Below are positions 11,416-25,065 of a stretch of 64,000 bases of DNA, piece by piece. The notes beneath the pieces are model-generated. The model was not told the origin of the DNA. It searched no databases and saw only the letters and a list, made by a program, of their open reading frames with translations. The DNA is taken from positions 119,598,001-119,662,000 of the forward strand of contig NC_042998.1 of the NCBI RefSeq assembly GCF_006345805.1. Direction: 5' to 3'. Each line of letters begins with the position of its first letter. The first letter of the stretch is position 1. Both the position numbers and the translations under genes were made by a program. This DNA is from Octopus sinensis. Lineage: Eukaryota.

Positions 11416-12417
11416 CACAGGGTGTAACCGGTAAATTAGGATCATTTATTATAATTGGTATAACTTGGAAAAATCAAACACTGCAAATTTTATGTTTATG
11501 CCAATTTATTGTGGAGTGTTTAGCACTTATTTCAGTTCAATGTGACCACCATTTTCTTTCTTTCTTCATTTTACTGAATGCTCACTTGATCGAAATCTTC
11601 AGCGAAGGCACAGTTGTGAGAAGTTACGTTGGATATTGCTTCAACTGTGCCCCATAGTCAAAAATCACATGGATTCGAATCTGGTGAGAGGCATCAATTT
11701 CCCATCACTTGTAACAATTCCAAAAACCATAATGGAAGCCAGGTTCTTGCTATGCATAGCTGAAGGAACTTGGGAAGGGTTTATACTATCACTCGTGAGT
11801 TTTGACAGTCTGCAACTTCGTCACCATGAATTTCTTTTCATCTATGAAGATGTGGATACATCCGCCACTATGTTTCAGATGACTAAGAAGTTTAGGACTT
11901 CTTTCAGCTCGAATGGCTTTGGAGTGGGTAGTTAGGATGTTATGGTGTCTCCTTGCTTATGATTTCATATGGAGGTCTTGCCTAACAGCCCTAGAAATGG
12001 CCATTTTACTGATTCCTCCATCTTGGAGCCAACTCCATCATTGATTTTGATGGATTTGACTCACTCTTTTAAGTCCTGTTAAGAAGCAAGATGTACATTT
12101 TTTGCCACTACAAGGACTGTGAGGCTTTCTTTGAACATCCTGACCTTTCTTCAAATTGGCTACAACTCTAAAAACAATAAATTTGGCATACTTTGTGACT
12201 ATAACACTTTCGCCAGCACTTTTGTTGAAGTGGAATAATTCAGCAATTACACATCTATGGTTTAATTCAACATTCATAGTTTGTTCAATCTGAAATACAA
12301 AATAGTACAAGTGATTATTCAAGCTGGTAATATTTAAAATTTAGACTCCAACAAAATCTATACAATTAGAAATATATCCATTTGAAATTTGTCCCAATTT
12401 ACCTGTTACACCCTCTG
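11416..12417 (-). mobile_element. Internally deleted Tc1/mariner-superfamily (maT/DD37D-like) DNA transposon with both TIRs
   Basis: TIRs CAGGGTGTAACCGGTAAATTAGGA and TCCCAATTTACCTGTTACACCCT. Minus-strand fragments include an HTH-like N-terminus (ORF 12038-12322), HIFIDEKKF, KNLASIMVFGIVTSDGKLMP and SPDSNPCDF*LWAQLK. Confidence 0.8.
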
Positions 12418-13334
12418 TGTGTGTATACACACACATATTCTCTCAATCAATGTTATTTTACTAAAGGTTATAATAAACTAAAATAACAATTTACCTCTTA
12501 GAAGTCTGTGGTCAGAGCAGTGTATGTAATCTTCTTAGACCAGAGGATTGAGAATATGGGTGAGGTTAATGAAATTAATTGTGTTCAGTTTATATTGTGA
12601 TAGAAAAAAGAGTGGAGTGTTGCTCTTGCAAGGAATGATTGCATAGTTATTAGTGGGGAGGCTGGGCTTGGTATGAGGGAGTGGGGGTAGATAATCTCTG
12701 ATAAGCAGAAGCTATTGTATTAGTGGTAAAAAAAACAGGAAACAGTTTGGCAGTCACTATCTTTTAAGCTAACTCTGGTAAGCAATCAACTTGGTTTGGG
12801 TTCCCATTTAGTCATATCACTTTACTTTCTATCAATAATGTATTAAGAAAGGCATGAAATTCACAACACTGTCTTTCCCCTTTCTCTAAAAAATCTCTGG
12901 TTTCAGATATTCTAGACATAGTTTGTGAGATAGGTGAAATAGTGAACTTCTTTCTAGTTAGTTTATCTACTGCTGCTAATTAAAAAATCCTTATTGCTGA
13001 CTGTTATTAGTGTTTACAGAATCAACTGTTTTCTCTTAAACATTTTGTCCTACTGAAGGTTAACTTGATTGAATTATATAGACTAGCAAAACCCATGGGT
13101 TTCTACAGATTTCACTACCTGAAACTGAGAACAGTAATTGTCTGTTATGGTGATGGTGGAGAGAATGGCAAATGTTAGGAAAGATAGTGGGGAAAGGAGT
13201 GGTAGGTATAACAAATCGTAAAGGTGGTACATTAAAAATAGGATGAAAAAGGAAATGCTGATTGATATAAACATAATCATATGTGCATGCCTGCATACAC
13301 AACTTCACACGCGCGCGCAATTTGTAATAGGGTA

Positions 13335-13720
13335 AACCTAGATCAGATGCAGTTTGGCTTCATTCTTGTAAAAAAAGTACCACAGATGCTATTTTCCTAG
13401 GGAGACAACTGCTAGAAAAAGGGTTATGAGTAAACCATTATTCCTGGCATTTGTTGACTTGGAGAAGGTGTTTGCTAGGCTACCATGTATAATAATTTGG
13501 TGATGATTAAAAAAGCAAAGCATTGATGAATGGTTTGTAAGGACTATAAGCCATGCACAAAAACAAAATAGAAAGTCGACCACTTCGGTGATGAATTTAG
13601 TATGAGGGTTGGAGTCCACCTAGACTCAGCCCTTAGTCCTCTTCTAATCATAGTTCAAAGGCCAAAGAAGTTAAAGATAGCTGTCTATGGGAACTCCAAT
13701 ATACTGATGATCTGGTTCTA
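13335..13720 (+). mobile_element. Old degraded RTE RT fragment
   Basis: cagatgcagtttggcttc...agtaccacagatgctattttcct...gcatttgttgacttggagaagg...gttggagtccacc aligns with the RT at about 9090-9490, but carries stops and indels. Confidence 0.8.
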
Positions 13721-15729
13721 GAAGCATTATATTAATATATAGATGGCACTCATTCATGTCAAATCATTGTTTAACCTAAGTTAATTCTGATTAGGTAGAT
13801 TTCTGAGTCAAATGCATCCAACCATGACCTCCCATCTTTTTCCATTTGTCTCTGGTTACTTTTTCTTATAGATCCTTACTTTATTAAAAATGGTCGAGGG
13901 AAGGGGGTTTGACAGTTTTAACTGCTATATTTAGCAAGTTGAGTGACCCTATAGAGGCTTCTTCATTGGCAGGGAATTTGTGTTGGTTATGAAAGTACTA
14001 AATTTATTATATAGAATCAACAATATTTCAGAGTAATTACCTTGGTGTCAAAAGTAACTGGGTAGGGGATGTGAAAATGCTGCCCTAACTATCTCAGAAA
14101 GAAAAAAATCTGATAATGCTTGAAACTTTATCTCTTGTTTTAGAGAAATATTTGTGATTAGTTTAACCTGAATTTCTCTCTTATCTTTTTGCCATGTAAC
14201 CTCCCTGAAGCCTTACAGTAGACATCTTCTCAGTCTTCCATTCCATTGACTGCCTCACTAGTACTTTCTCCTTGTATTGATGCCAAATATTAAGTTGATT
14301 TTTTTTTTTTCTTCCAGCCCTATACAATAACCTATGTAGCCTTCTGAATTAAGAGAAATCCATGTTCCATGATTAAACAAAAATTTAACGAAAACAGTTG
14401 GTCTTTTCTCATATCCCAGATTCATTCAGAATAGCACAAGCTTTCGGAATGTATGTCATATGGACATAATTTCGAAGCTTCATTTTAAAACATAAAAGCA
14501 GTTATTTTGGAGATGTGAACAACTCAATCATTGTATTTTTGTTTTTTGATTTTGCTTATGTTATCTTGGCCCCATTTAAAATATGCTGCACCTGCCAAAT
14601 ACACCTACCTTTCCTGCTACCTATTTTCTCCCAAGACTGTTGAAAATGTTAAACAATCTTTTACCTACAAGACTGCATCTCTTTGGATTTCCTTATCTAC
14701 AAGTTTCTTTTCCCATTTGCCAACCTACAATAATTCATAAAGCAGAACTAAATATATCAATCCTACCAATTCTAGCTCTTAAATTTCTACAGAACATTTT
14801 TCTTTTTTTTTATATTTTTCTATTTATAGGTCTGATTTTTAAAACCTTTATATGAAGGTTTCCTCATTTTGCTATTATCTTTCAGTAATGATTTGGTTTG
14901 ACTTGACATGGAAGATTTTCTGTGGTGAAACTTTTAAATATGTTTGTCTGAGACTCTCAGTAAAAAAAATAAATTTAAAAAAAAAGTGAAGTGGCTTCTT
15001 AGTATTTCTGTAGAACAAGTATATTATTTTCATTTATACTGAGCTGGTTGGTGAAAATAAATATAAAAGAAAAAAAGTCAAGCTATTTCTATATAGAAAT
15101 ATGACAGCAAAATTTCCATATCTAAAGAAATGTTAAAACAATAGTATGAGAACATAATTTATTGTTCCCTCTCTTCCCACATATCTTTTATAATATATTA
15201 GATATAACAAACTTCCCACAATTTCTTTTCAGAATCTGTTAGATTTTCTCTTCATAATTTGTTTACACCCTGAAATATAATTTTATTGTTCCAAACTTAT
15301 TTTTCCTTTGGTTTTGTTTTAGCAAATTATTCAGTAAAGAGCTATAAAAGCCAGTTTCTGCTTCATTAGTCATAATTGATTTGTAATTAAAATTGTAAAT
15401 TGTATACCTTCTGTGTTTTTTTTTGTTGTTTTTTTTTAAATTCTACTCTTCATCAACAACCAATTCCATCATTGCACTAGTACCATTAATATCTCCTGTT
15501 TAATTCAATGAGGGGGTTTCCTGTTATAAATAACAGCCTAAATTCTTTTAGATTTCATCCTATTCTCTTAAAAAGGGAAATACAAGATGTGATAAAATCC
15601 ATTGGATGAGAGGTGATGCTACCCTTACTGTGCATGCTTGGAAAATTGTACCAGCAGGCTTCACTGGGGCCCAGCTGTTACACCTACAGTACAGATGTGT
15701 AGTGAGTGCTCATTGAATTTCTGTGTTCA

Positions 15730-15990
15730 TGCAAGATGCATCAAACAGATATTGCATCAAGTTTTGCCAAAAGTTTGGTCATACTCAAGCTCAAACCATC
15801 CAGAAGATTCAGTAGGACTTTGGCAATGATGCCATGGGAAAAACTCGGACCAAGGAGTAGGACAAACACTTCAACATGTCTACACCCCAGTGGAGAGCAA
15901 GACCTGCTCAGGCTGGTCATCCACCAGCTGAATCAAAGATCCAGTTGAGAAAGTTTGGCAAATAATCATGGAAGACTTTAACAATCCAGG
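15730..15990 (+). mobile_element. Mariner transposase N-terminal relic
   Basis: Encodes RYCIKFCQKFGHTQAQTIQKIQ*DFGNDAMG, typical of the first HTH of mariner transposases. Confidence 0.65.
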
Positions 15991-16507
15991 AAATTACTCA
16001 CAAACTAATTTCCCTATATAATATAGTTAGGACTGCACTATCCAAGGTTTCCCTTTTTTTAAACATGATGGTGGAATGTAATTTGAAGGAGAATTGAATG
16101 ACTACTTGATTCTTGGGATAATGTATATTTCTTTGATGTGTGTAGTGCTGTATCATGGTGTTATTGAAAAAAGACCAGGTTGACATGACCCTCATGCAGG
16201 GTGTTACTATTTTTCTGCTATATATTCACTTTATCTAAATCTACATAATGCTTCTGTAACACTTTTTGTCAACTAGTTTTATCTACCTATATTTATGTTC
16301 TAAGACCCTCATAATAAGTAACCTATATTTCTAAACGTCCATACTTTTTCCACCTCTGTCTTAAGCTGGGTAGGCCTTAAGTCTATACTCATGCCTGCTT
16401 CAAATCAGGTTTATTTAAAAACTGTACAGGAATAGGAAAAAAATTAAAGCCCAGTATGAAATAGCTTTTATCTGCTTGAGTTTGTAGCAACTGAAATTTA
16501 TGAATTA

Positions 16508-16883
16508 CTAGCAGTGTCGCCCGGCGTTGCTCAGGTTTGTAATGGAAATAACTATAAAGCATTTTTAGAGAGTTATAGCCAAAAAATAGCAAAAAAATGG
16601 AAAAAAAATTATGGTAAATTTTTTTTGAGAGTTAAAAAAGGTGGAGTTGCGTCCCCTGTGGTTTGGGTTTCTGATTCTCGACCCCATGTCGAATTTATCG
16701 ATTTTTTTCAGAACTGGGGGAACTTTTCAAAATTTTCGCTGCGTTAGTTTTGAATTATGACATTGGGCTATGTGTGTGTCAAGTTTCATCAGAATCGGTT
16801 GAAAGCCGTGGTCAGAGTGAGGGTACGAGAAAACAGACACACAGAAACACACACAGACAAACTGCCGTTTATATAGAGAGAGA
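16508..16883 (-). mobile_element. Non-autonomous Helitron (copy B)
   Basis: The minus strand starts A|TCTCTCTCTATATAAAC and ends ...GAGCAACGCCGGGCGACACTGCTAG|T. Shares its 3' end with copy A and its 5' ~200 bp with copy C. Confidence 0.85.
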
Positions 16884-18554
16884 TAAATCCTGTGTTTGTG
16901 AGATAAATTAGCATCCATGGGCCAAGGTTTCATTCAGCCCTTATGTTAAACATAAACTTCAGTAGGCTGTAAACAAAAAAAAAAACAAAAAAAAAAATGA
17001 AACCTCTCCCTCTCATAGGTAGATGATATATATAATCTCTACCTGCTTGTGCAATCTGAATTGAAATTCTTCACGTCTGTTGTACTTAGTGAAAAGCTAA
17101 AATGGTATTTCGCAATGAAGAATGGTAGATTAGTTTGCAAACTGATATTATGCACTATAAAAATAGTACAGCCTTATGCAAGAATACAGCTATCATTTTT
17201 TTTTTTTTTTTATCAGAATGCTTATCATGAGGTCTTTTTTCATGTTATTAGTTGAACCTGGGAACCAGATTTGAATTTTTTTCCATATTTCAATAACTTT
17301 TTTCTTATTTTGGATTTCTTAATATTATTGTTCTCTATTTTTGTTAATTTTTACCTTTTTAATGTATACCACCATTTTTTGTATCTCATCCTTCTACAGT
17401 CCTTAAATCTTTTAGTTCTTGTGGCCAATAAAAGAAATTCTGAGGGTTTTTATTGACAGTGAATTATTCATGTCATTATGCTCCACTAGATGTATGTCAG
17501 TGTACATGTGTGACAGATGTATTAATTCTTGCAAATTTTGGCACAAGACAAGCAGTTTTAGTGCGAAAGCAAAGTAATACATTGGCCCCAGTATTCGACT
17601 GATGCATATTTTATCAACCATGAAAAGTTAAATTTGACCTTGATGAAATTGGAACTCTGGGACAGAAATGGCCAAAAGGAATGTCACTAAACATTTTGTC
17701 TGGAGTGCTAACAATTCTGCTACCTTGCCCCACACAATAGAATGAAATGTATCTTATTTCCTGTTTCTATATGAAAATTTCTTTGAAGTATTTTTAAGGC
17801 TGAAATTAAATCCACATTCTTTTTAGTGGTTTTTGAAAAATAACTTCAACTAAAATTCAACATAGAGTAAAAAGAAGTCTAGCTTTAATGGACAAACCTC
17901 ATGTACTAGGGGTGCAATAAAATGTTCTTAATCTATGTTATGTTCTCGGTGATAGGAAGTGCATTCAGCCATTTAAAAAAAATGACTTTAGTGATTGGTA
18001 GGTTTTTCACTGCTGTTAGATGCTTTTGATGATGAGGAAATGAGACAAGTGATGAAGCACTTTAACCCATGCCTTTGTGGAAAGATATTCATAAAATGAT
18101 CAAACCTGAAATATTAAAAAAAAATTTGAAGTTCTTAGTGCTAAGCTAAGTTTTTCTCAATTCATATTTGTCAAATGTCCTTTTTTTTATATAATTTATT
18201 GGCTGTTATTTGTATGACATATAAATTAGATAATTATATCTAGTTATCTTTTTGAAGAGGTTAGATCCTCAAATTTGACATTTATTTATTGACCTGTTGG
18301 GTGTGGGTGTATTATTGAGGGTAGCTGGAAGAGTGAATGCTGTTTCATTGCTACTTTTTAATTCTAATCTTCCATATTGTGGCTGCTTTAAATTATTCCA
18401 TTTGCATACACATGTGCGTGTGCACAGGTACATTTGTATAACAATGTAGTTGAAAATATTTCCAGTAGGACATTTTGCATACTAAATCATTGAATAAAAA
18501 CCATTGAATCTTTGTCAAATGATTTTTTTTTTCCACAGCCAACTTGTAGATACA

Positions 18555-18845
18555 AGTTTAACATCCGCCTTCATTACTGGCATGGTGGGACGGTTTGACA
18601 AGAGCTGGCCAGGCAAAAGCCTGCACCAGACTTCTGTAATTGTTTTGGCAGGATTTTTACAGCTAGATGCCCTTCCTAACACCATCTGCTCAGCAGAGTG
18701 GACTTCGTACTTTTTACATGGCACAAGCAAGGTCAGTTTTGGCAAAGTTTTTATGGCTGTATGCCCTTCCAAATGCCAACCACTTTACAGTGTGGACTGG
18801 GTGCTTTTAAGTGACTCTGACACTGTCAACCAAGTACTTACAAGA
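18555..18845 (-). mobile_element. RTE 3'-end-derived short repeat
   Basis: Reverse complement of the 3810-4117 subtype (gatgcccttcctaacacc, tttaacatcc). Confidence 0.75.
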
Positions 18846-19479
18846 CAGAAAGAAACTCTATAGGGGAGGGGGCTTGTAGATACAAGTTCCTGGTGTTTAA
18901 AATGTAAATAGCCAGGAAATAGCTTTAATAAGATCAGTTTATCAATATTTTTGGACAATGCCATGCAGATTGCAGTAGACTTTGTCTTAAAAGCGAATTG
19001 GTGAAAGTAATGGACATATTTTGGTATTATTTGCTACCCTCAACAAAGTGTATTCTATTCAATTGACAGAACTAAAACTTTGTGTGTGTGTGTGTGAGAG
19101 AGAGAGAGAAAGTAATATAGTAGTTCATCAACAATATCACTGTGGAGAAAATCTCAAGATCATTCTACATCTAAAAACATGCAAGGGTCTCTCCAACTAA
19201 TCTTATTGAGGTTATCTCCTTTGCTTGTTTTTAGAGTTTAAACCTTCAGTGTTCAGAAAATAATTCCCCTTAATTTGTTTGAACCAGCCAGATCCGGCCA
19301 TATTTGATTCTTCTTTGAAATCACCTAAAAAAAATAAACAAATCATGTTACTGAATTCTCATAGTTTTGAGATAATGCTAGATAAAGCCTTTCCCACCTT
19401 TTATTCAAGTAAAAATACCATGAAAATTTTGGGACGTCTTGGTTTTTCAATGTTTGTAGAGAGTGTATATCTTAGTTTT

Positions 19480-20549
19480 TAATGATATGGTATCAGCAAG
19501 TAGTGAATCTGACTTTGATGGTTTTACTGTTGATGTTGGACAAATCTGATATTGATATTTATGAATCTTCATCTGACAAGGAACTGACAAGGAAGATTTT
19601 GATAATGAAAGTGATGAAAATGATATTGAAAACACTATGGCAACATGGTTGAAGATTACTACATCAACCACAATTCCCAATTTCACAGAAAAGACTAGTC
19701 ATCAACTCAATCTATTTCCTGATGCTTAATCATTGGTTTATTTTTACCAAAAAGTTCTTTTTAAACTGTCGTGGAGGAAGCAAATATGCTCAATGCATAA
19801 TTTTTATTTGTGGAAGACCTCATCCACTATGGCAGTTTTCTCGACTAGGTATGGCGATCCATATACCTCCAGCATCATCTCTAACTATAGTTAATTCATA
19901 TATTATGTAAAAAGCCACTAGATACCTCCACCACCAAAGGACAACGACATTTGAAATTTTGTGTTGACATCGCATCTCGGTTATGCGAGTGCTTTTTCTT
20001 CCAGAAAGCACAGAACTGGGAAAAAAGCAACATTATCTGAGGTGGATGTCAACAGAGAAAATATTAACTTCCATAAAGTGGGAAAAAAAGAAATGGAAGG
20101 GAAAATGTTTGCAAGCTGTGTTCACAGCAAAAAAGAAAAACTGTGAAAGGATATTGGGTTGAGACCTCATGTATGTGGTCATTTTGCAAAGCGCCTTTGT
20201 ATAAAGAGTGCACCATTCGAGAGTGGTTGTTGCCAGTACCAACTGACTAGTTCCCATGCTGGTGGCATGTAAAAAGCACCATTCAAGCGTGGTCAATGCC
20301 TGTACTGCCTGACTGGTCTGTGTGCTGGTGGCGCATAAATAGCACCCATTACACTCTGAGTAGTTGGCATTAGGAAGGGCATCCAGCTGTAGAAACTTTG
20401 CCTGATCAGATTGGAGCCTGGTACACTCTTCTGGCTTGCCAGTCCTCAGTTAAACTGTCCAACCCATGCCAGCATGGAAAGCGGATGTTAAGCAACGATG
20501 ATGATGAAAGGCATATGTCTACAAAAAATATAGTAACAAAGGGGTTAAA
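19480..20549 (+). mobile_element. Degraded, internally deleted piggyBac-like element with a nested RTE-tail repeat
   Basis: Acidic N-terminal stretch (SSESDFDGF...DNESDEND), IVNSYIM motif, Cys-rich tail (CKLCSQQKRK...CKAPLC), and a terminus ...aacaaaGGGGTTAA at about 20549. Confidence 0.45.
20210..20506 (+). mobile_element. RTE 3'-end-derived short repeat
   Basis: ggtggcatgtaaaaagcacc...ttaggaagggcatccagctgtagaaac...aacccatgccagcatgg...gatgatgatga. Confidence 0.8.
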
Positions 20550-23500
20550 TGAGTTATTAGTGGGTGGAGTCTGGACAAAAGAAAAAAAAGACTTATGCAA
20601 GATAGACAATTGCTGTGCAGATTATGTTAAATGAATGACAGATTTTGGGTGAAACTATGGGTTACAGAAAGACAGCAGTCACTGACAAAGAAATTGTGAA
20701 GGTCAGATTCTTGGATGCTATGTCTTTCAACTGGATGGATGCAGATAGCTGCTATGGTAAAGATCTAGGTAGCCATTACTATAATACATCTATAGCAACT
20801 ATATACCCCAGTGGTAATTTGGATTACAGAATTAATTTTCATCTGTTCTTAACCTCTGATCAATAATTCTATTGTTCCAGTCCCAATTTGAATTCCAACT
20901 GTTGGTCAATTTATCCCAAAGTTCTTATCTCAATATTAAATTTACAAAGCGAATGTCATTTCTCTCCCCCTTGATCTCTGATGTAATCTGACAAATGCCA
21001 AGCAATATGGCATGAATCAGCCAAGCTTTAACTGCTAGAAATAGCAACCCAAATGCTTTCAAATCAGATCCCAATGCTGGATGTTCAAGAACCAAGTGAA
21101 GGGCAGATTTTCAATCCCAGGATCATCCTGATTTCAAAAAGGTATAATGTGCCTATGTAGAGCCAATGTAGGCTGAGGTGCAGGGGTCCCAGACAGACAG
21201 AATTCCACTTTTATTAATGTAGATGATTTTGAGGGAAATTTGGCCACTAGTTCTAGCAGGTTAAATGACTGCATAGAGTCTAAATACTAACTTGTGAATG
21301 AGTGCAGCAAAAGTAAACTAGTTTTTAGTGGAGACTTTATTTCTTGACTCTCCCAGTCAATTAGCAAAGCAGAATGTTAATTTTGTTTACTTAAGATAAT
21401 GATACTATGCTTCGTGTAATATTTTCTTAACAGGTTCCAACACTATAAAATACGTGCTGCATGTGTGTGTTCCAGTGTTTTAATTAGTTTAGCATCTCAT
21501 TTCTGGTTCTTCACATATCTCATTTCTGGAACATGGTTTTATAATTTTAAAAACACGTGTAAATAAGTTTATTTTTCCTGTGGTGGCCAGGATTCATTCT
21601 CTTGCTTTGGAAATGCTACAGTTTTAAGGTGGTGCTCCAGCATGGCTGCAGTCAAATGACTGAAACAGGTAAAAGAATAAAATGTTTTAGAATTTTTTAC
21701 TAGCTTCAGTCATTGGGCTGTGGCCATACTGGAGCTCTGCCTTGAAGGGTTTAGATGAACAAATTAACCCCACTATTATTTTTAAAGTCTGGTACCTATT
21801 CTATTGATCTCTTTGCCAAACTGCTAGGTCAAGGGGATGTGAACAAAGCAATACTGGTCATCAGGTGGTGAGGGAACGAACACATACATAGGTTTGAACT
21901 CTGTAGAAAACTTATAAAATAGATGTTATGGGAGTACCATATCTTAACTGTATATTTTTTTCAGATTAGCTGTATGGTTGTTTATATTTTGGTCAAGAGA
22001 ATTGCCATACAGCATGTGAAACTCCTATTTCTGGCTGAGGTGTTTTGAGTTACCACTATTGGCTACCAGGGTGGAACACCATTGCTTTGGTTTTGTTGGC
22101 TTTCACCCATTGTAAATGGCTGACAAGCAAATGAAAGCTTGTTAATATTCCATTTGTCTTTCTATAGGTATTTTTCATAACAAATGTTTCTTAAAAGGTT
22201 GTACAATCATTAAATAATGTAAAACATATCAGGTATAGTTTATGTATGGTAGGGAAGTACAATGTTGTAGGGTAGGGAGCTCATTCAGCTCCCTAACCTA
22301 TGGCACTTGGTCTCTCCTCTAATCTGATTGCATTGGATACATTTAAAAACAAAGTGCACCTTTTATACACTAGTAAATACAATTTGTTTTTGCATAATTT
22401 TAAACAATTCTTATTTTAATTCTTTTGAAATAAATAAATTTTTAGTACAGAAAAGAAACCATGTCAAACTAAGACAGGAATTGTCTATATCCAGGTTTAC
22501 TGTGTTGTATCCTTCATGTGAAGTTATATACAAATATCAGGGGTAAGAATATGGGTTGAAAATAGGTTGGAAAATGAGCAGATGAGAAATTAGGAAGGAT
22601 AGGTATAGAATATAGTTTGGTACATGTGTAAGATAGAATGCAAAAATGTTGGAAAGGGCAAGGGAATGATGTAAATGGAAGAAAATTAAAGACTTAAAGA
22701 TCTGCTGGAGAGAGAAATTTTTCATGGTGACATAGATAACTGAAAGGTTAATGGGACACCATACATATAGGTCAGAGGATATATAAGCTGTTATCAAAAG
22801 TTAGATATCTGTTATGCTATTGGTTGTTATAATAAACTAGTAAATCAGAAATGTTTCAACTTTTTTGTTTTTGATTCCTAAGAGAATTTTACATACTCCT
22901 GTTGCTCAAAAGTGACACTAGTGGTAAAGGATGAGGAAAAGATTTGGATCTACAAAATGTTGGAATGGATTGTTTTCAGTTTCATCATTTTAATAACAAA
23001 TTTTCTATGCTATTGATTTCTCTTGAACTGGTAAACTAGACCATGATGAGATGTATATCTTCTTGGATTACTCTGTCAAATGTGATTGTTAACGCTTATT
23101 TGTTAGTCTATTATTGATATTGTTGCTCATTTTAGCAGGTTTTGCTAAAACCATCTCAAAACTATTTTCATGTTCCCAAAAGCATCCAGCATTTTCAGGC
23201 TTTAAAAGCTATTTAATAAGAACTGTTCTGATGGTGGATAAGCAGAATAATTAGAACACCAGACAAGATGTTTTAGTATTTTCTTATGATCCTTTATATT
23301 CTGAATTCAAACCCCATCAAGCTTAGCTTTACCTTTCATCTTTTTGGGGGTCAATGTAGTTGTTTAACCATCTCCTCCAAAAATTTCAGGCCTCATGCCA
23401 ATATTAGATACTGTTATTATTAGAGCAGCGGATTGGCGCAATTATTAGAACATTATAATTCCTTATGACATTTAGTTCTGGCATTTTGCTTTCTGAGTTC

Positions 23501-24916
23501 ACATCTCATCATTGTCTAAGTTCCAGTCAAATACTAGGGTCAGTTTAATCAACTAATTCCTCTCCTTAAGTTTGTAGCCTTGTGCCAGGTCTGTGGAATC
23601 AGAATTACTAAAAATGACCTATTTCCAACTAAATATAAATTATAATGCAATGTGTTGACACTTCTAATTTCACAAATTTTCTACCCTGAAAATATTCAAA
23701 TCAGATTATTCTGTCAACTGTTATGCTTATTTGTTCATTGTTTTGAATTACTCACTCATTATCTTTTTTGCATTGAGATTCGGATGGTGTGCTTGTTTAT
23801 TTTTAATATCATAGGGAAGGTATAAGAGGCTGAATGCAGCTGGTTTGAACATAAAACAGGTAGAATATTTGGGCCGGATATGGGTGATTTAAACACTAAA
23901 ATTTCTAAGAGATTCTGGTAGAAAGCAATTCTAATACCCTAATTAATTTTGGATCTGAATCTTTGATTTAACTCTTATTCTATTGAAACTTTGCTTTAAT
24001 AAATCTGTGGGGATAAACTTGTCAATTTTTAATTTAATGTAACTTTTCATAGTTTACTTAATAACATATTCCTAGGTATTTATGAAACATTAAATTTTTA
24101 TTTAGGTGTTCAGTGTTTATGGTGGTAGTCTGTGTGCACACACAATTCTTTGTGTGTGTGTGAATGTGTGGTGCTGTGGATTATCTCTTGTTGATGTTGC
24201 AACTTAATGTAGTTTTAATGTATCCAGTTCTCTCTAAACACAATTGGGTTGAGTTTGCTAAAGGTTGATTTATGTTAACCTTCAAATTCGTGACATGTGG
24301 AGGAAATGTAACTGTCTGCAGACTCTTGTTGTTCTAAACCCTGTAATTAACAGTGATGAATGGTATATGACAGATATTTAACAGATTTGGTTCTGTCCTT
24401 GATTGCATCTCCTCTCCCTTCCCCTACCTAGATCATTGGGCAGTAAGCATGGTAATAGAGAAGAGGGATAGCAGTGAGTATGGTAGTACAGAAGAGGAGT
24501 TACATGTATTTAGTTGGGATTTTGGAGTAGTAGCAGAAGTGGTGAACTGGTTATATTTTTGCTCCCAAGTCAATAGCCTTGGTCCAGCAGACCTTTTGAT
24601 TGAATGTATTTCAACTGTGACCATCTCTGTTGTTTTCAAGTTTTTGTGGGGGGTGGGGGCAGTATTAGTGTGATGTGATTTGAAGTAAATTTAGTTATGT
24701 CTAGCAGGTCAAGTACTTGCAAAATGACTTCCTGAACAAGCAGACCTGTGATCAAAGGTATTACTATCCTGCCTAACATGTTCTTCTTTAAGATGGTTGA
24801 ATGTAATTTGGGGGGAAATTTGCTTGCTGTTGCTAGCAAGGCAGGTAACTACAGATTCCTTCTCATTGGCTTGGGGCATGTGTTGTAAATATTGATGGAC
24901 AATCATTAATTGTCTG

Positions 24917-25065
24917 TTGTCCATGTCGGCATGGGTTAGACGGTTTGACCAGAGCTGGAGGGCTGCACCAGACTCCAGTTTGATTTGGTATTGTTTCCAT
25001 GGCTGGATGCCCTTCCTAACACCAACCACTTTACAGTGTGTGCTGGGTGCTTTTTACATGGCACT
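24917..25065 (-). mobile_element. RTE 3'-end-derived short repeat
   Basis: catgggttagacggtttgacc...ggctggatgcccttcctaacaccaaccact...gtgctttttacatg. Confidence 0.75.

Noticed and set aside
21185-21225. Helitron-like 5' terminus on the minus strand (TCTACATTAATAAAA...TGTCTGTCTG)
   Set aside because: No matching 3' hairpin/CTAG end found; insufficient support.
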